From: Methylobacteriaceae bacterium
GTDB taxonomy: Bacteria; Pseudomonadota; Alphaproteobacteria; Rhizobiales; Beijerinckiaceae
Assembly: GCA_016793505.1 (NCBI GenBank)
Contig: JAEULW010000160.1
Location: 4,756 to 68,755 of the forward strand
Direction of reading: 5' to 3'
DNA length: 64,000 nucleotides
A program made the translations under genes and the position numbers. Under the pieces are notes generated by a model. It ran no database searches, was not told the DNA's origin, and was given only the letters and a program-made list of their open reading frames with translations. Position 1 is the stretch's first letter; each line of letters opens with the position of its first letter. Positions 9,872 to 17,059 of this stretch are shown piece by piece.

Positions 9872-10582
9872 ATGGACGCAGCTGCGATGCGCGCTGTTCC
9901 GGCAACGCAGGAGGATGTCTGGACGATCAGACACTCGCCGCTGTTTGGTCGCCTGCCGGAAGCGACGTTCCAAAGGTTGTTCGAGGGGCAGCCGGTGCAT
10001 TTGCTCGGCAAGGATGCGCGCCTGTTCGAGTGGGGCCGACCTGCCAGCACATGCTTCGTGCTGCTTCAGGGCCTCGTCAAGCTGTATCGCGCGTCGGAGT
10101 CTGGCGAGCGCGCGGTGCTCTCCATCTGTGGGCCCGGGCGCGCCCTGATGCTGGCCGAGGGATTGACCGGCAAGCCCTATTCGGCGAGCGCCGAGACCGT
10201 CAGCCCGACGCGCCTGCTGATGCTCGATGTGACCGAGTTGCGCGACAGGATGCAGGCGGATGTGCGGCTGTCGATGGCGCTTCTGGCGGCGGCCGCGGCC
10301 GACCTGAGGCAGCTCGTGGCGCATGTCGAGGAGCTGAAGGCGATGACCGGTCCGGCGCGCCTGGCCGCTATGATCCTCAATCTTTCCGAAGCGCGGGCGG
10401 GCGCGATGCAGGTGACGTTGCCCTACGAAAAGCAGCTCATCGCGGGCCGGCTCGGTATGACCCCCGAGAGCTTCTCGCGCGCCATGCGGCAGTTGAAGGA
10501 ACATGGCGTGCGCGTCAGTCGCGACAGGCTGGTCATCACCGACATCGGCCGGTTGCGCGGCCTTCTCGAGTCGTCAGGCTAG
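9872..10582 (+). CDS. Crp/Fnr-family transcriptional regulator, paralogue 1 (NnrR/Dnr-like, no N-terminal Cys cluster)
   Basis: cNMP-binding-like beta-roll followed by the C-terminal HTH IAGRLGMTPESFSRAMRQL (E--SR recognition helix). There is no FNR-type CX2CX5C motif. Confidence 0.85.
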   Translation: MDAAAMRAVPATQEDVWTIRHSPLFGRLPEATFQRLFEGQPVHLLGKDARLFEWGRPASTCFVLLQGLVKLYRASESGERAVLSICGPGRALMLAEGLTGKPYSASAETVSPTRLLMLDVTELRDRMQADVRLSMALLAAAAADLRQLVAHVEELKAMTGPARLAAMILNLSEARAGAMQVTLPYEKQLIAGRLGMTPESFSRAMRQLKEHGVRVSRDRLVITDIGRLRGLLESSG

Positions 10583-10613
10583 CGGTTCTATCGTATCGGC
10601 GGCGCCCGGCGTC

Positions 10614-11348
10614 TCAGCTCCTTGCGCCGCGGCGGGACGGCCGAACGAAGGCAGACAGACGGGCGACATCGGAAATGGCGACATGATCGCGTACGACGTC
10701 GACGCCCAGCTTGCGCAGCGTCGCCAGCGCACGCGACAGACTCTCCGGCGTCATGCCGAGGCGGCCGGCCAGCAGCGCCTTTTCATAGGGCAGGACCACC
10801 GTTGCGTTGCCGGCGCCGGGGGGCGTCTGCCGAAGCAGGAAGTCGGCAAGGCGCCGTGGGGTCGAGAGGAGCTTGAGGCTTGCGATTTCAGCAAAAAGCC
10901 TGTCCGTATGCTGGACGACCGAGCCGAGCAGCGTCGCCGCAAGACCGGTGTCGTTTTCGATCGCTTCGTTGAAACGCCCGGCGTCGATCTTGAGGAGTCG
11001 CAGATGGCTGGCCGCTTCGGCGCTGGCGGGATAGGCGCCGCCGAGAAAGAACACAGCCTCGGCGAAGGTCTCGCCGCGCGTGAAAACGCCGACGATCGCC
11101 TCGTCGCCGGACGCGGTGCTGCGGAACAGTTTGACCCAGCCGTCGAGCACGAGGAAAAAGCCGTCGGCGCGATCGCCCTGGGAAAAGATCAGCTGGTGCG
11201 GCGCATAGCTCGCCGGATGCTGATGGCCGCACAGCCGCGCGAGAATGTCGCGATGCACCTCGCTGAACATGGCCGAGGCGCACAAAGTCCGCCAGTCGGC
11301 GTCGTCCAGCGCGACGCCCGCTTGATGAATGTCACGTGCTTCCCTCAC
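10614..11348 (-). CDS. Crp/Fnr-family transcriptional regulator, paralogue 2 (NnrR/Dnr-like)
   Basis: HTH LAGRLGMTPESLSRALATL. Convergent with paralogue 1, separated by a 31-bp gap. The start could also be the internal Met 26 codons downstream of the annotated start codon at 11348 (at about 11270). Confidence 0.85.
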   Translation of the reverse strand: MREARDIHQAGVALDDADWRTLCASAMFSEVHRDILARLCGHQHPASYAPHQLIFSQGDRADGFFLVLDGWVKLFRSTASGDEAIVGVFTRGETFAEAVFFLGGAYPASAEAASHLRLLKIDAGRFNEAIENDTGLAATLLGSVVQHTDRLFAEIASLKLLSTPRRLADFLLRQTPPGAGNATVVLPYEKALLAGRLGMTPESLSRALATLRKLGVDVVRDHVAISDVARLSAFVRPSRRGARS

Positions 11349-11840
11349 GTCACCTCCCGGCGGGTTGCGACGAACAGCATTGGCGCCGCGGCGGCCGCGT
11401 CAAGCCGACGGACATATTTTGGCAGGTTGGCCGGCGGACTGTCGCTGGCCATCTGCGCGGTCGCGGCCGCCTCGAGGGCCGACGCCCAACGCGACGGCGT
11501 CGCGGACGCGCTCGCCGGCCACCAGGCGGAAATGCGACAGCTGGCCGGCGAAGACCCTTACAGAAGAGCGTTTTTCTTCGACGCCGTGGAGGTCGAGAGC
11601 CCCAATCCCGGCGTGCCTTGCGACCATATCGCCAGCCGGCGACCGGAAGCGGTCGCCGGCCAGGGCCGGGTCGTTCTGCTCGAGTCGGCGTCCGATCCGG
11701 CTCGCCGGCTGAGATTCTGGGCGGCGCCTGACTTCGATCAAGGCGCAGATGCTGTCGCTGCGGCGATCGCCTTCGCCCAGTCCGCCAAGTTCGGTCCGCA
11801 TCGTGTCGTCGGCATGCGTCAGTTCGCCTGGTGCCGGTGA
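11325..11840 (+). CDS. Hypothetical small exported protein with a twin-arginine-like signal (SRRTYFG + hydrophobic core + ADA)
   Basis: This is the 3' part of track ORF 10503..11840. Third-position GC is high from about 11340 to the TGA at 11838-11840. ATG 11325 is the only canonical start upstream of the RR motif, and TTG 11427 would remove the signal. No family recognised. Confidence 0.45.
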   Translation: MNVTCFPHVTSRRVATNSIGAAAAASSRRTYFGRLAGGLSLAICAVAAASRADAQRDGVADALAGHQAEMRQLAGEDPYRRAFFFDAVEVESPNPGVPCDHIASRRPEAVAGQGRVVLLESASDPARRLRFWAAPDFDQGADAVAAAIAFAQSAKFGPHRVVGMRQFAWCR

Positions 11841-11854
11841 ATTCGGCGAGGAAC

Positions 11855-11868
11855 TTATCTCTTCTCAA
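11855..11868. promoter_or_regulatory. Candidate FNR/NnrR-type box upstream of nirS (TTATC-TCTT-CTCAA)
   Basis: 14-bp dyad centred about 69.5 bp upstream of the nirS ATG. The right half CTCAA is shared with the boxes at 13669 and 24070. The left half deviates from TTGAT. Confidence 0.35.
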
Positions 11869-11930
11869 TTACGTGCGGCCGCTCCTCGCTAGCCTCCCAC
11901 GCCGTATTCATCCGTAAGGAGATCGGCGTC

Positions 11931-13580
11931 ATGACCGGCAAGGCGCATGGGGCAAGCATACTGGGATTGGCGTTCGGCGCATTTCTGGCGAGCACGGCGC
12001 TGACGCCCGTGTCGGCGCAGACGGCGGCGCCCGGCCCGAGCCTTTCGAAGGAGGCCATGGAGGCCTCCGGCAAGATTTACTTCCAGCGCTGCGCCGGCTG
12101 CCATGGCGTGTTGCGCAAGGGCGCCACCGGCAAGAATCTCGAGCCGCAGAACAGCGCCAAGCTCGGACAGGACCGCCTCGAGAAGATCATCGCACTCGGC
12201 ACCGAAGGCGGGATGGTCAATTTCGACGACATCCTGACCAAGCAGGAGATCAAGGACGTCGCGACGTATATCCAGCTTCCTCCGCAGGTCCCGCCGGAAT
12301 GGGGCATGAAGGACATGCTGGCGTCGTGGAAGAACATCGTGCCGGTCGACAAGCGACCGACGAAGCAGATGAACGCCTACAATCTGAAGAACGTCTTCTC
12401 GGTGACGCTGCGCGACGCCGGCGAGGTGGCGCTGATCGACGGCGACACCAAGCAGATCCTCAGCCGCGTGAAGACCGGCTACGCCGTGCATATCTCGCGC
12501 CTGTCGGCCTCAGGCCGCTATATCTACGTGATCGGCCGCGACGGCCTGCTGTCGCTGATCGACTTGTGGATGGAGAAGCCGGCCGTCGTCGCAGAAATGA
12601 AGTCCGGGCTCGACGCGCGCTCGGTCGACGTCTCGAAGTTCAAGGGCTTCGAGGACAAGTATGCGATCGCCGGGTCCTACTGGCCGCCGCAATACGTGAT
12701 CATGGAAGGCGACACGCTGAAGCCTCTCAAGGTCGTCTCGACCCGCGGCGTGACGGTGGACGGCGAGTATCATCCCGAGCCGCGCGTCGCCTCGATCGTC
12801 GCTTCGGTCACCAAGCCCGAATGGGTGGTGAACATCAAGGAGACCGGGCTGATCCAGCTGGTCGACTATTCCGACATCAAGAACCTGAAGACGACCACGA
12901 TCGAGTCGGCCAAGTTCCTGCACGACGGCGGCTGGGACGCCTCGAAGCGCTACTTCCTGGTCGCGGCGAACGCCTCGAACAAGGTGGCGGTCGTGGACAC
13001 CAAGGAAGGCAAGCTCGCCGCGCTCGTCGATACGGCCAAGATCCCGCATCCCGGCCGCGGCGCGAACTTCACCCATCCGAAGTTCGGACCGGTATGGGCG
13101 ACAGGCCATCTCGGCGCGGACGTGATCTCGCTGATCGGCACGGATCCCGAGAAGAACAAGGACAGCGCCTGGAAGGTCGTGCAGGAACTCAAGACGCACG
13201 GGGCCGGCAATCTGTTCGTCAAGACGCATCCGAAGTCCAAGAATCTGTGGGCCGACGCGCCGCAGAATCCGGAGAAGGACGTCGCCGAATCGGTCGCCGT
13301 CTACGATCTCAACGACCTCACCAAGAAGCCGGAAATCATCAACATCGCCAAGCTGTCGGGCCTGCCGGAATCCAAGGCGATCAAGCGCGCCGTGCATCCG
13401 GAATATGACGAGACGGGCACGGAGGTGTGGATCTCGCTGTGGGCCGGCAAGACCGAACCGTCGGCGATCGTCGTCATGGACGATGCGACGCGCAAGGTGA
13501 AGAAGGTGATCACCGATCCGAACATGATCACCCCGACCGGCAAGTTCAACGTCAACAACACCCAGCACGACGTCTACTGA
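11931..13580 (+). CDS. nirS: Cytochrome cd1 nitrite reductase
   Basis: Signal peptide, haem c site CAGCH in KIYFQRCAGCHGVLRKGATGKNL, then a d1 beta-propeller domain. 549 aa. Confidence 0.95.
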   Translation: MTGKAHGASILGLAFGAFLASTALTPVSAQTAAPGPSLSKEAMEASGKIYFQRCAGCHGVLRKGATGKNLEPQNSAKLGQDRLEKIIALGTEGGMVNFDDILTKQEIKDVATYIQLPPQVPPEWGMKDMLASWKNIVPVDKRPTKQMNAYNLKNVFSVTLRDAGEVALIDGDTKQILSRVKTGYAVHISRLSASGRYIYVIGRDGLLSLIDLWMEKPAVVAEMKSGLDARSVDVSKFKGFEDKYAIAGSYWPPQYVIMEGDTLKPLKVVSTRGVTVDGEYHPEPRVASIVASVTKPEWVVNIKETGLIQLVDYSDIKNLKTTTIESAKFLHDGGWDASKRYFLVAANASNKVAVVDTKEGKLAALVDTAKIPHPGRGANFTHPKFGPVWATGHLGADVISLIGTDPEKNKDSAWKVVQELKTHGAGNLFVKTHPKSKNLWADAPQNPEKDVAESVAVYDLNDLTKKPEIINIAKLSGLPESKAIKRAVHPEYDETGTEVWISLWAGKTEPSAIVVMDDATRKVKKVITDPNMITPTGKFNVNNTQHDVY

Positions 13581-13605
13581 CCGCGCTGCATGCGGCGGAC
13601 GGACA

Positions 13606-13636
13606 GGGGCGGCCTCAGGGCCGCCCCTTGTTTTTT
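13606..13636 (+). terminator. Rho-independent terminator immediately after nirS
   Basis: GGGGCGGCC-TCAG-GGCCGCCCC (perfect 9-bp GC stem) followed by TTGTTTTTT, 26 nt after the nirS stop. Confidence 0.8.
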
Positions 13637-13668
13637 GCTGCGACCCGCCGGCCGCGCCGAACGCGGTC

Positions 13669-13682
13669 TTACCAACTCTCAA
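13669..13682. promoter_or_regulatory. Candidate FNR/NnrR-type box upstream of the nirT-fusion gene (TTACC-AACT-CTCAA)
   Basis: 14-bp dyad downstream of the nirS terminator, centred about 63.5 bp upstream of ATG 13739. Same right half-site as the nirS and regulator-3 boxes. Confidence 0.35.
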
Positions 13683-13738
13683 GGTCAGCAGCGCCCATGC
13701 CCCTAGAGTCGGGCGAACACGTCTCCATGGAGTGGCTG

Positions 13739-15580
13739 ATGTCCGACGCTTCGCCCGCCCGCCCCGAGGGTCGGATCGCCCGCCTTTGGGCGACGTTGAA
13801 GCGGCCGACAGCGCGGTACTCCCTCGCCACGCTGCTCGTCGGCGGCTTCGCCGCGGGCGTGGTCTTCTGGGGCGGCTTCAACACGGCGATGGAAGCCACC
13901 AACACCATGACATTCTGCATCTCGTGTCACGAGATGCGTGAAAACGTCTACAAGGAGTATGACAAGACAATCCACCACTCGAACCGCACCGGCGTGCAGG
14001 CGACATGCTCCGACTGCCACGTGCCGAAGGAGTGGACGCACAAGCTCGTGCGCAAGATCCAGGCCTCGAACGAGGTGTTCCACTGGCTGCTCGGCTCGGT
14101 CGACACGCCCGAGAAGTTCGACGCCAAGCGCCTGACGCTCGCCAAGAATGTCTGGAGTTCGATGAAGCGCACGGACAGCCGTGAGTGCCGCAACTGTCAC
14201 ACGCTCCAATCGATGAACCCGGAATTCCAGAGGCCGCGCGCACGCCAGCAGCATCTTTCAGCGATGGAGACGGGCGGAACCTGCATCGACTGCCACAAAG
14301 GCATCGCCCACAAGAGCGTGCGCGCCAAGCTCACCGACGCGGAGCTCGAAGAGCTCGAGAAGCCGTTGCAGCAGTATGTTCGTGAGATTCCGCAGAGCTA
14401 CCGCGATGGTCTGGTTCGCGCCGCGCAGCGCGAGAAGGACGCGGAGGCCAAGCGTCAGTCCGAGGTGGACGACAAGGTCAAGTCCGCCGTCGCGGCTGCA
14501 GAGGCTAGGGCCGCCGCCGCCATCGCCGCCGCCCAGAAGGCCGCAGCCGATGCGCAGGCGCAGACCGGCGCGGCTGCGCCGGCGACGGCCGCCGCCACGG
14601 CGCCGGCGGCGCCTGCCGCCGCCGCGGCCGCAGGGCCGGGCAAGATCGACTGGGCTGCGGCGCCGGCCAAGACGATCGGCTTCTTCTATCCCGGCCAGAC
14701 GTCCTACGAGTGGGTGCAGAACGGCCGCGATCACGGCGGCGCGCGCGCCTTCCTGCGCGGCGGCGACCGCTGCGTCACCTGCCATGACAAAGAAGTGCGC
14801 GAGATGGGCGCCAAGCTGGTCTCTGGCGAGAAGGCGGAAGCCACGCCGATCAAGGGCAAGCGCGGCTCGGTCGACGTGCAGGTGCAAGTCGCACATGACA
14901 AGGAGAAGATATACTTCCGCTTCCAGTTCCCCAAAGCGCCGCACACGCCGGTTGACGGCTACGCCGACGGCAAGATGGACCCGGCCAATGAGACCAAGGT
15001 CTCGGTGATGGTCTCGGGGCCCTCGATCGAGCGCGCAGAACTCGCAGGCTGCTGGGTGACCTGCCATCACGACGCGCGCAACATGCCCGATACGCCCAAG
15101 GACGACGCGTTGAAGGCCTTCGCCGCCGACGCCGGACTCGACCTGTCGAACGGCGTGACGAAATACGTGCCGGAATCGCGCAGCGCCATCGAGTTGCGCG
15201 AGGCGCCGCGCGGCGGCTGGAACAAGCTGAAGTCGAAGGACGAACTCGCCAAGCTGGTCGCCGAAGGCGGCGCCATGGAGCTCATGCGCTATCGCTCCGG
15301 CGGCGACCCGGAGCACGGATTGATCGCCGCCCAACGCGTCATGACAGGGCTTTCGCCGATCGAGGCGTCGGGTGGCCTGGCTGGCGATACCTGGACCGTG
15401 GTCATCGCCCGTGCGCTGAAAGGCGCCGCTCCCGGCGAGATCGCGCTGGAGCCGGGCAAGAAATATGTCGTGTCCTTCGCCCTGCACGAGGATTTCACGG
15501 CCTCGCGCTTCCATCACGTGTCGCTCGCCTACGAGCTGTCCCTCGACGGCGAAGGCGAACTCGTCGCCAAGGCGCAATGA
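13739..15580 (+). CDS. nirT: NapC/NirT-family tetrahaem quinol dehydrogenase fused through an Ala/Pro-rich linker to a second periplasmic cytochrome domain (EB_dh / cytochrome c-552-like by eye)
   Basis: ATG 13739 has GGAG 6 nt upstream; alternative in-frame ATGs lie at 13697 and 13727. One N-terminal TM helix, four CXXCH (CISCH, CSDCH, CRNCH, CIDCH), a low-complexity linker, then about 370 aa containing CVTCH and CWVTCHH. Confidence 0.8.
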   Translation: MSDASPARPEGRIARLWATLKRPTARYSLATLLVGGFAAGVVFWGGFNTAMEATNTMTFCISCHEMRENVYKEYDKTIHHSNRTGVQATCSDCHVPKEWTHKLVRKIQASNEVFHWLLGSVDTPEKFDAKRLTLAKNVWSSMKRTDSRECRNCHTLQSMNPEFQRPRARQQHLSAMETGGTCIDCHKGIAHKSVRAKLTDAELEELEKPLQQYVREIPQSYRDGLVRAAQREKDAEAKRQSEVDDKVKSAVAAAEARAAAAIAAAQKAAADAQAQTGAAAPATAAATAPAAPAAAAAAGPGKIDWAAAPAKTIGFFYPGQTSYEWVQNGRDHGGARAFLRGGDRCVTCHDKEVREMGAKLVSGEKAEATPIKGKRGSVDVQVQVAHDKEKIYFRFQFPKAPHTPVDGYADGKMDPANETKVSVMVSGPSIERAELAGCWVTCHHDARNMPDTPKDDALKAFAADAGLDLSNGVTKYVPESRSAIELREAPRGGWNKLKSKDELAKLVAEGGAMELMRYRSGGDPEHGLIAAQRVMTGLSPIEASGGLAGDTWTVVIARALKGAAPGEIALEPGKKYVVSFALHEDFTASRFHHVSLAYELSLDGEGELVAKAQ

Positions 15581-15587
15581 GGACGCC

Positions 15588-15995
15588 ATGCGGCTGTTTC
15601 TCGTACTTCTGATGCTAGGCGCCGCTGCTCCGGCGGCGGCGCAGCCGAAAGACGACACGGCCGAGCGCTGCGCCGAGGCGGCCGCGCGTTATCAGGAACT
15701 GTACGGACGGGACCACAGGGCCGAGGGGGTCAAGACAGTCCTCATGTACAAGTATCGCTTCTGCCCGGCCGATGTGACGATCAAGGCGGGCGAGCGGCTG
15801 CGCTACGTCAATGTCGACAAGCGGACCTCGCATTCGGTCTGGCTGAAGGCCGCGGGACAGGCGGAGTCCGAGCGCGTCTTCCATGAAGGCGTCATCGAGG
15901 TCGACACGCGCCTGCCGGCTGGCGAGCATGAGGTGCTGTGCGGTCCACACTGGGAGACCGACAAGATGGTCGGCAAGATCACGGTGGAGAAGTAG
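15588..15995 (+). CDS. Secreted cupredoxin (type-1 blue copper protein)
   Basis: Signal peptide MRLFLVLLMLGAAAPAAAQ. Candidate ligand set is His in KRTSHSVW plus C-G-P-H-W-E-T-D-K-M (Cys-X2-His-X5-Met). It lies 8 nt after the upstream stop. Confidence 0.7.
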   Translation: MRLFLVLLMLGAAAPAAAQPKDDTAERCAEAAARYQELYGRDHRAEGVKTVLMYKYRFCPADVTIKAGERLRYVNVDKRTSHSVWLKAAGQAESERVFHEGVIEVDTRLPAGEHEVLCGPHWETDKMVGKITVEK

Positions 15996-15996
15996 G

Positions 15997-16812
15997 ATGT
16001 CGAAGGGACATGTGGCGCTGGTCGGCGCCGGCCCGGGCGATCCGGAGTTGCTCACTCTGAAGGCTGTCAAGGCGCTGGCGCAGGCCGAGATCGTCGTGCA
16101 TGACCGACTGGTCTCGGACGCGGTGCTGAAAGTGGCGCCGGATTCGGCGATGCGCATCTCGGTCGGCAAGGAGGCGGGGCGGCATTCCTACAAGCAGGAA
16201 GAGATCAACGGCCTGCTGGTGCATCTCGCCCTGCAGGGCAAGAATATCGTGCGGCTGAAGGGCGGCGATCCCTTCGTCTTCGGTCGCGCCTGCGAGGAGA
16301 TCGAGGCGCTCGAGGCGCACGGGATCTCCTGGTCCGTCGTGCCCGGAATCACTGCGGCGCAGGGCTGCGCCGCCTCGGCGCGCGTGCCGCTGACGCATCG
16401 CGGCCTGGCGCGCTCCTTGCGATTTGTCACGGGCCATTGCCGAGGCGATCAGCCGCTCGAACTCGACTGGAGAGGCCTCGCCGATCCGCAAACCACCGTC
16501 GCCTTCTACATGGGCGCGGCGACGGCCCCGCAATTGTCAGCCCGATTGATCGAAAACGGCCTTCCGCCGGAAACGCCGGCGCTTTGCATAAGTCAAGGCA
16601 CGACGCCGCAGGAACAGCGAGTGTTCACCAGCCTCGACCGTCTGACAGCGGATCTGGACCGGGCGTCTCTGCCGAGCCCCATCCTGATCATCGTCGGCGC
16701 GGCGATGGGATGGCGACCGAACGAACCCTCGGGTGAGCACAGTGACGATGCGCGCCTTGCTCCTGTCGAAGCTGATCGTCGCGATCTGCGCGACAAGCGC
16801 GCTCGCCGCTGA
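15997..16812 (+). CDS. nirE: Uroporphyrinogen-III C-methyltransferase (SUMT) of the haem d1 pathway
   Basis: VALVGAGPGDPELLTLKAV...VRLKGGDPFVFGR... is the classic SUMT pattern. Its 3' tail overlaps nirC by 65 nt. Confidence 0.9.
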   Translation: MSKGHVALVGAGPGDPELLTLKAVKALAQAEIVVHDRLVSDAVLKVAPDSAMRISVGKEAGRHSYKQEEINGLLVHLALQGKNIVRLKGGDPFVFGRACEEIEALEAHGISWSVVPGITAAQGCAASARVPLTHRGLARSLRFVTGHCRGDQPLELDWRGLADPQTTVAFYMGAATAPQLSARLIENGLPPETPALCISQGTTPQEQRVFTSLDRLTADLDRASLPSPILIIVGAAMGWRPNEPSGEHSDDARLAPVEADRRDLRDKRARR

Positions 16813-17059
16813 GCTCGATCGCGAGCGCCTGAAGCATCTGGTCGTCCAGGAATGCGGCTCCTGCCATGGGCTCGTCCTCAAGGGCGGCCTCGGCCGGCCA
16901 TTGACGCAGGACGCGCTGGCGCACTTCCCGCAGGAGACCGTGCGGGACATCATTCTTGACGGGATCCCGGGCACGCCGATGCCGCCCTGGCGACCGCTGC
17001 TTTCCGAAAACGAAGCGGCGGCGATCGCCGTCATGCTGAAAAACGGAGACATCCGATGA
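16748..17059 (+). CDS. nirC: Monohaem cytochrome c55X
   Basis: Signal peptide MRALLLSKLIVAICATSALAA and a single CGSCH. About 100 aa, positioned between nirE and nirF. GTG 16733 is an alternative start. Confidence 0.8.
   Translation: MRALLLSKLIVAICATSALAAELDRERLKHLVVQECGSCHGLVLKGGLGRPLTQDALAHFPQETVRDIILDGIPGTPMPPWRPLLSENEAAAIAVMLKNGDIR

Noticed and set aside
11322-11335. TTGAT-GAAT-GTCAC, which shares the 11-mer CTTGATGAATG with 30536-30546 (TTGAT-GAAT-GGTAA upstream of norC).
   Set aside because: The left half is a perfect FNR half-site, but both right halves are poor. The first copy lies inside two overlapping coding starts, and an 11-mer shared once in 64 kb can occur by chance. It is kept only as a note.
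11728-11741. CTGAC-TTCG-ATCAA dyad about 190 bp upstream of nirS.
   Set aside because: It lies inside the coding region of the Tat-signal ORF, its left half lacks the TTG, and it is further from nirS than the 11855 site.
10503-11840. Single 445-aa plus-strand ORF spanning the whole region between Crp/Fnr paralogue 1 and nirS.
   Set aside because: Its first roughly 275 codons are antisense to the well-supported regulator gene 10614-11348. Only the 3' part (from 11325) lies outside that gene and has signal-peptide features.
14455-14640. GCC/GCG-rich stretch that looks repetitive, considered as a possible tandem repeat or array.
   Set aside because: It translates in frame as the Ala/Pro/Gln-rich linker of the NirT fusion. 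There is no regular repeat unit or spacer structure, so it is low-complexity coding sequence and not a CRISPR array or VNTR.
16748-16812. 65-nt overlap between nirE and nirC, considered as a possible frameshift or pseudogene signal.
   Set aside because: Both reading frames are intact. The nirE catalytic core ends before the overlap, and nirC has a normal signal peptide. The overlap is most simply a long C-terminal tail of nirE, though the tail may not be functional.
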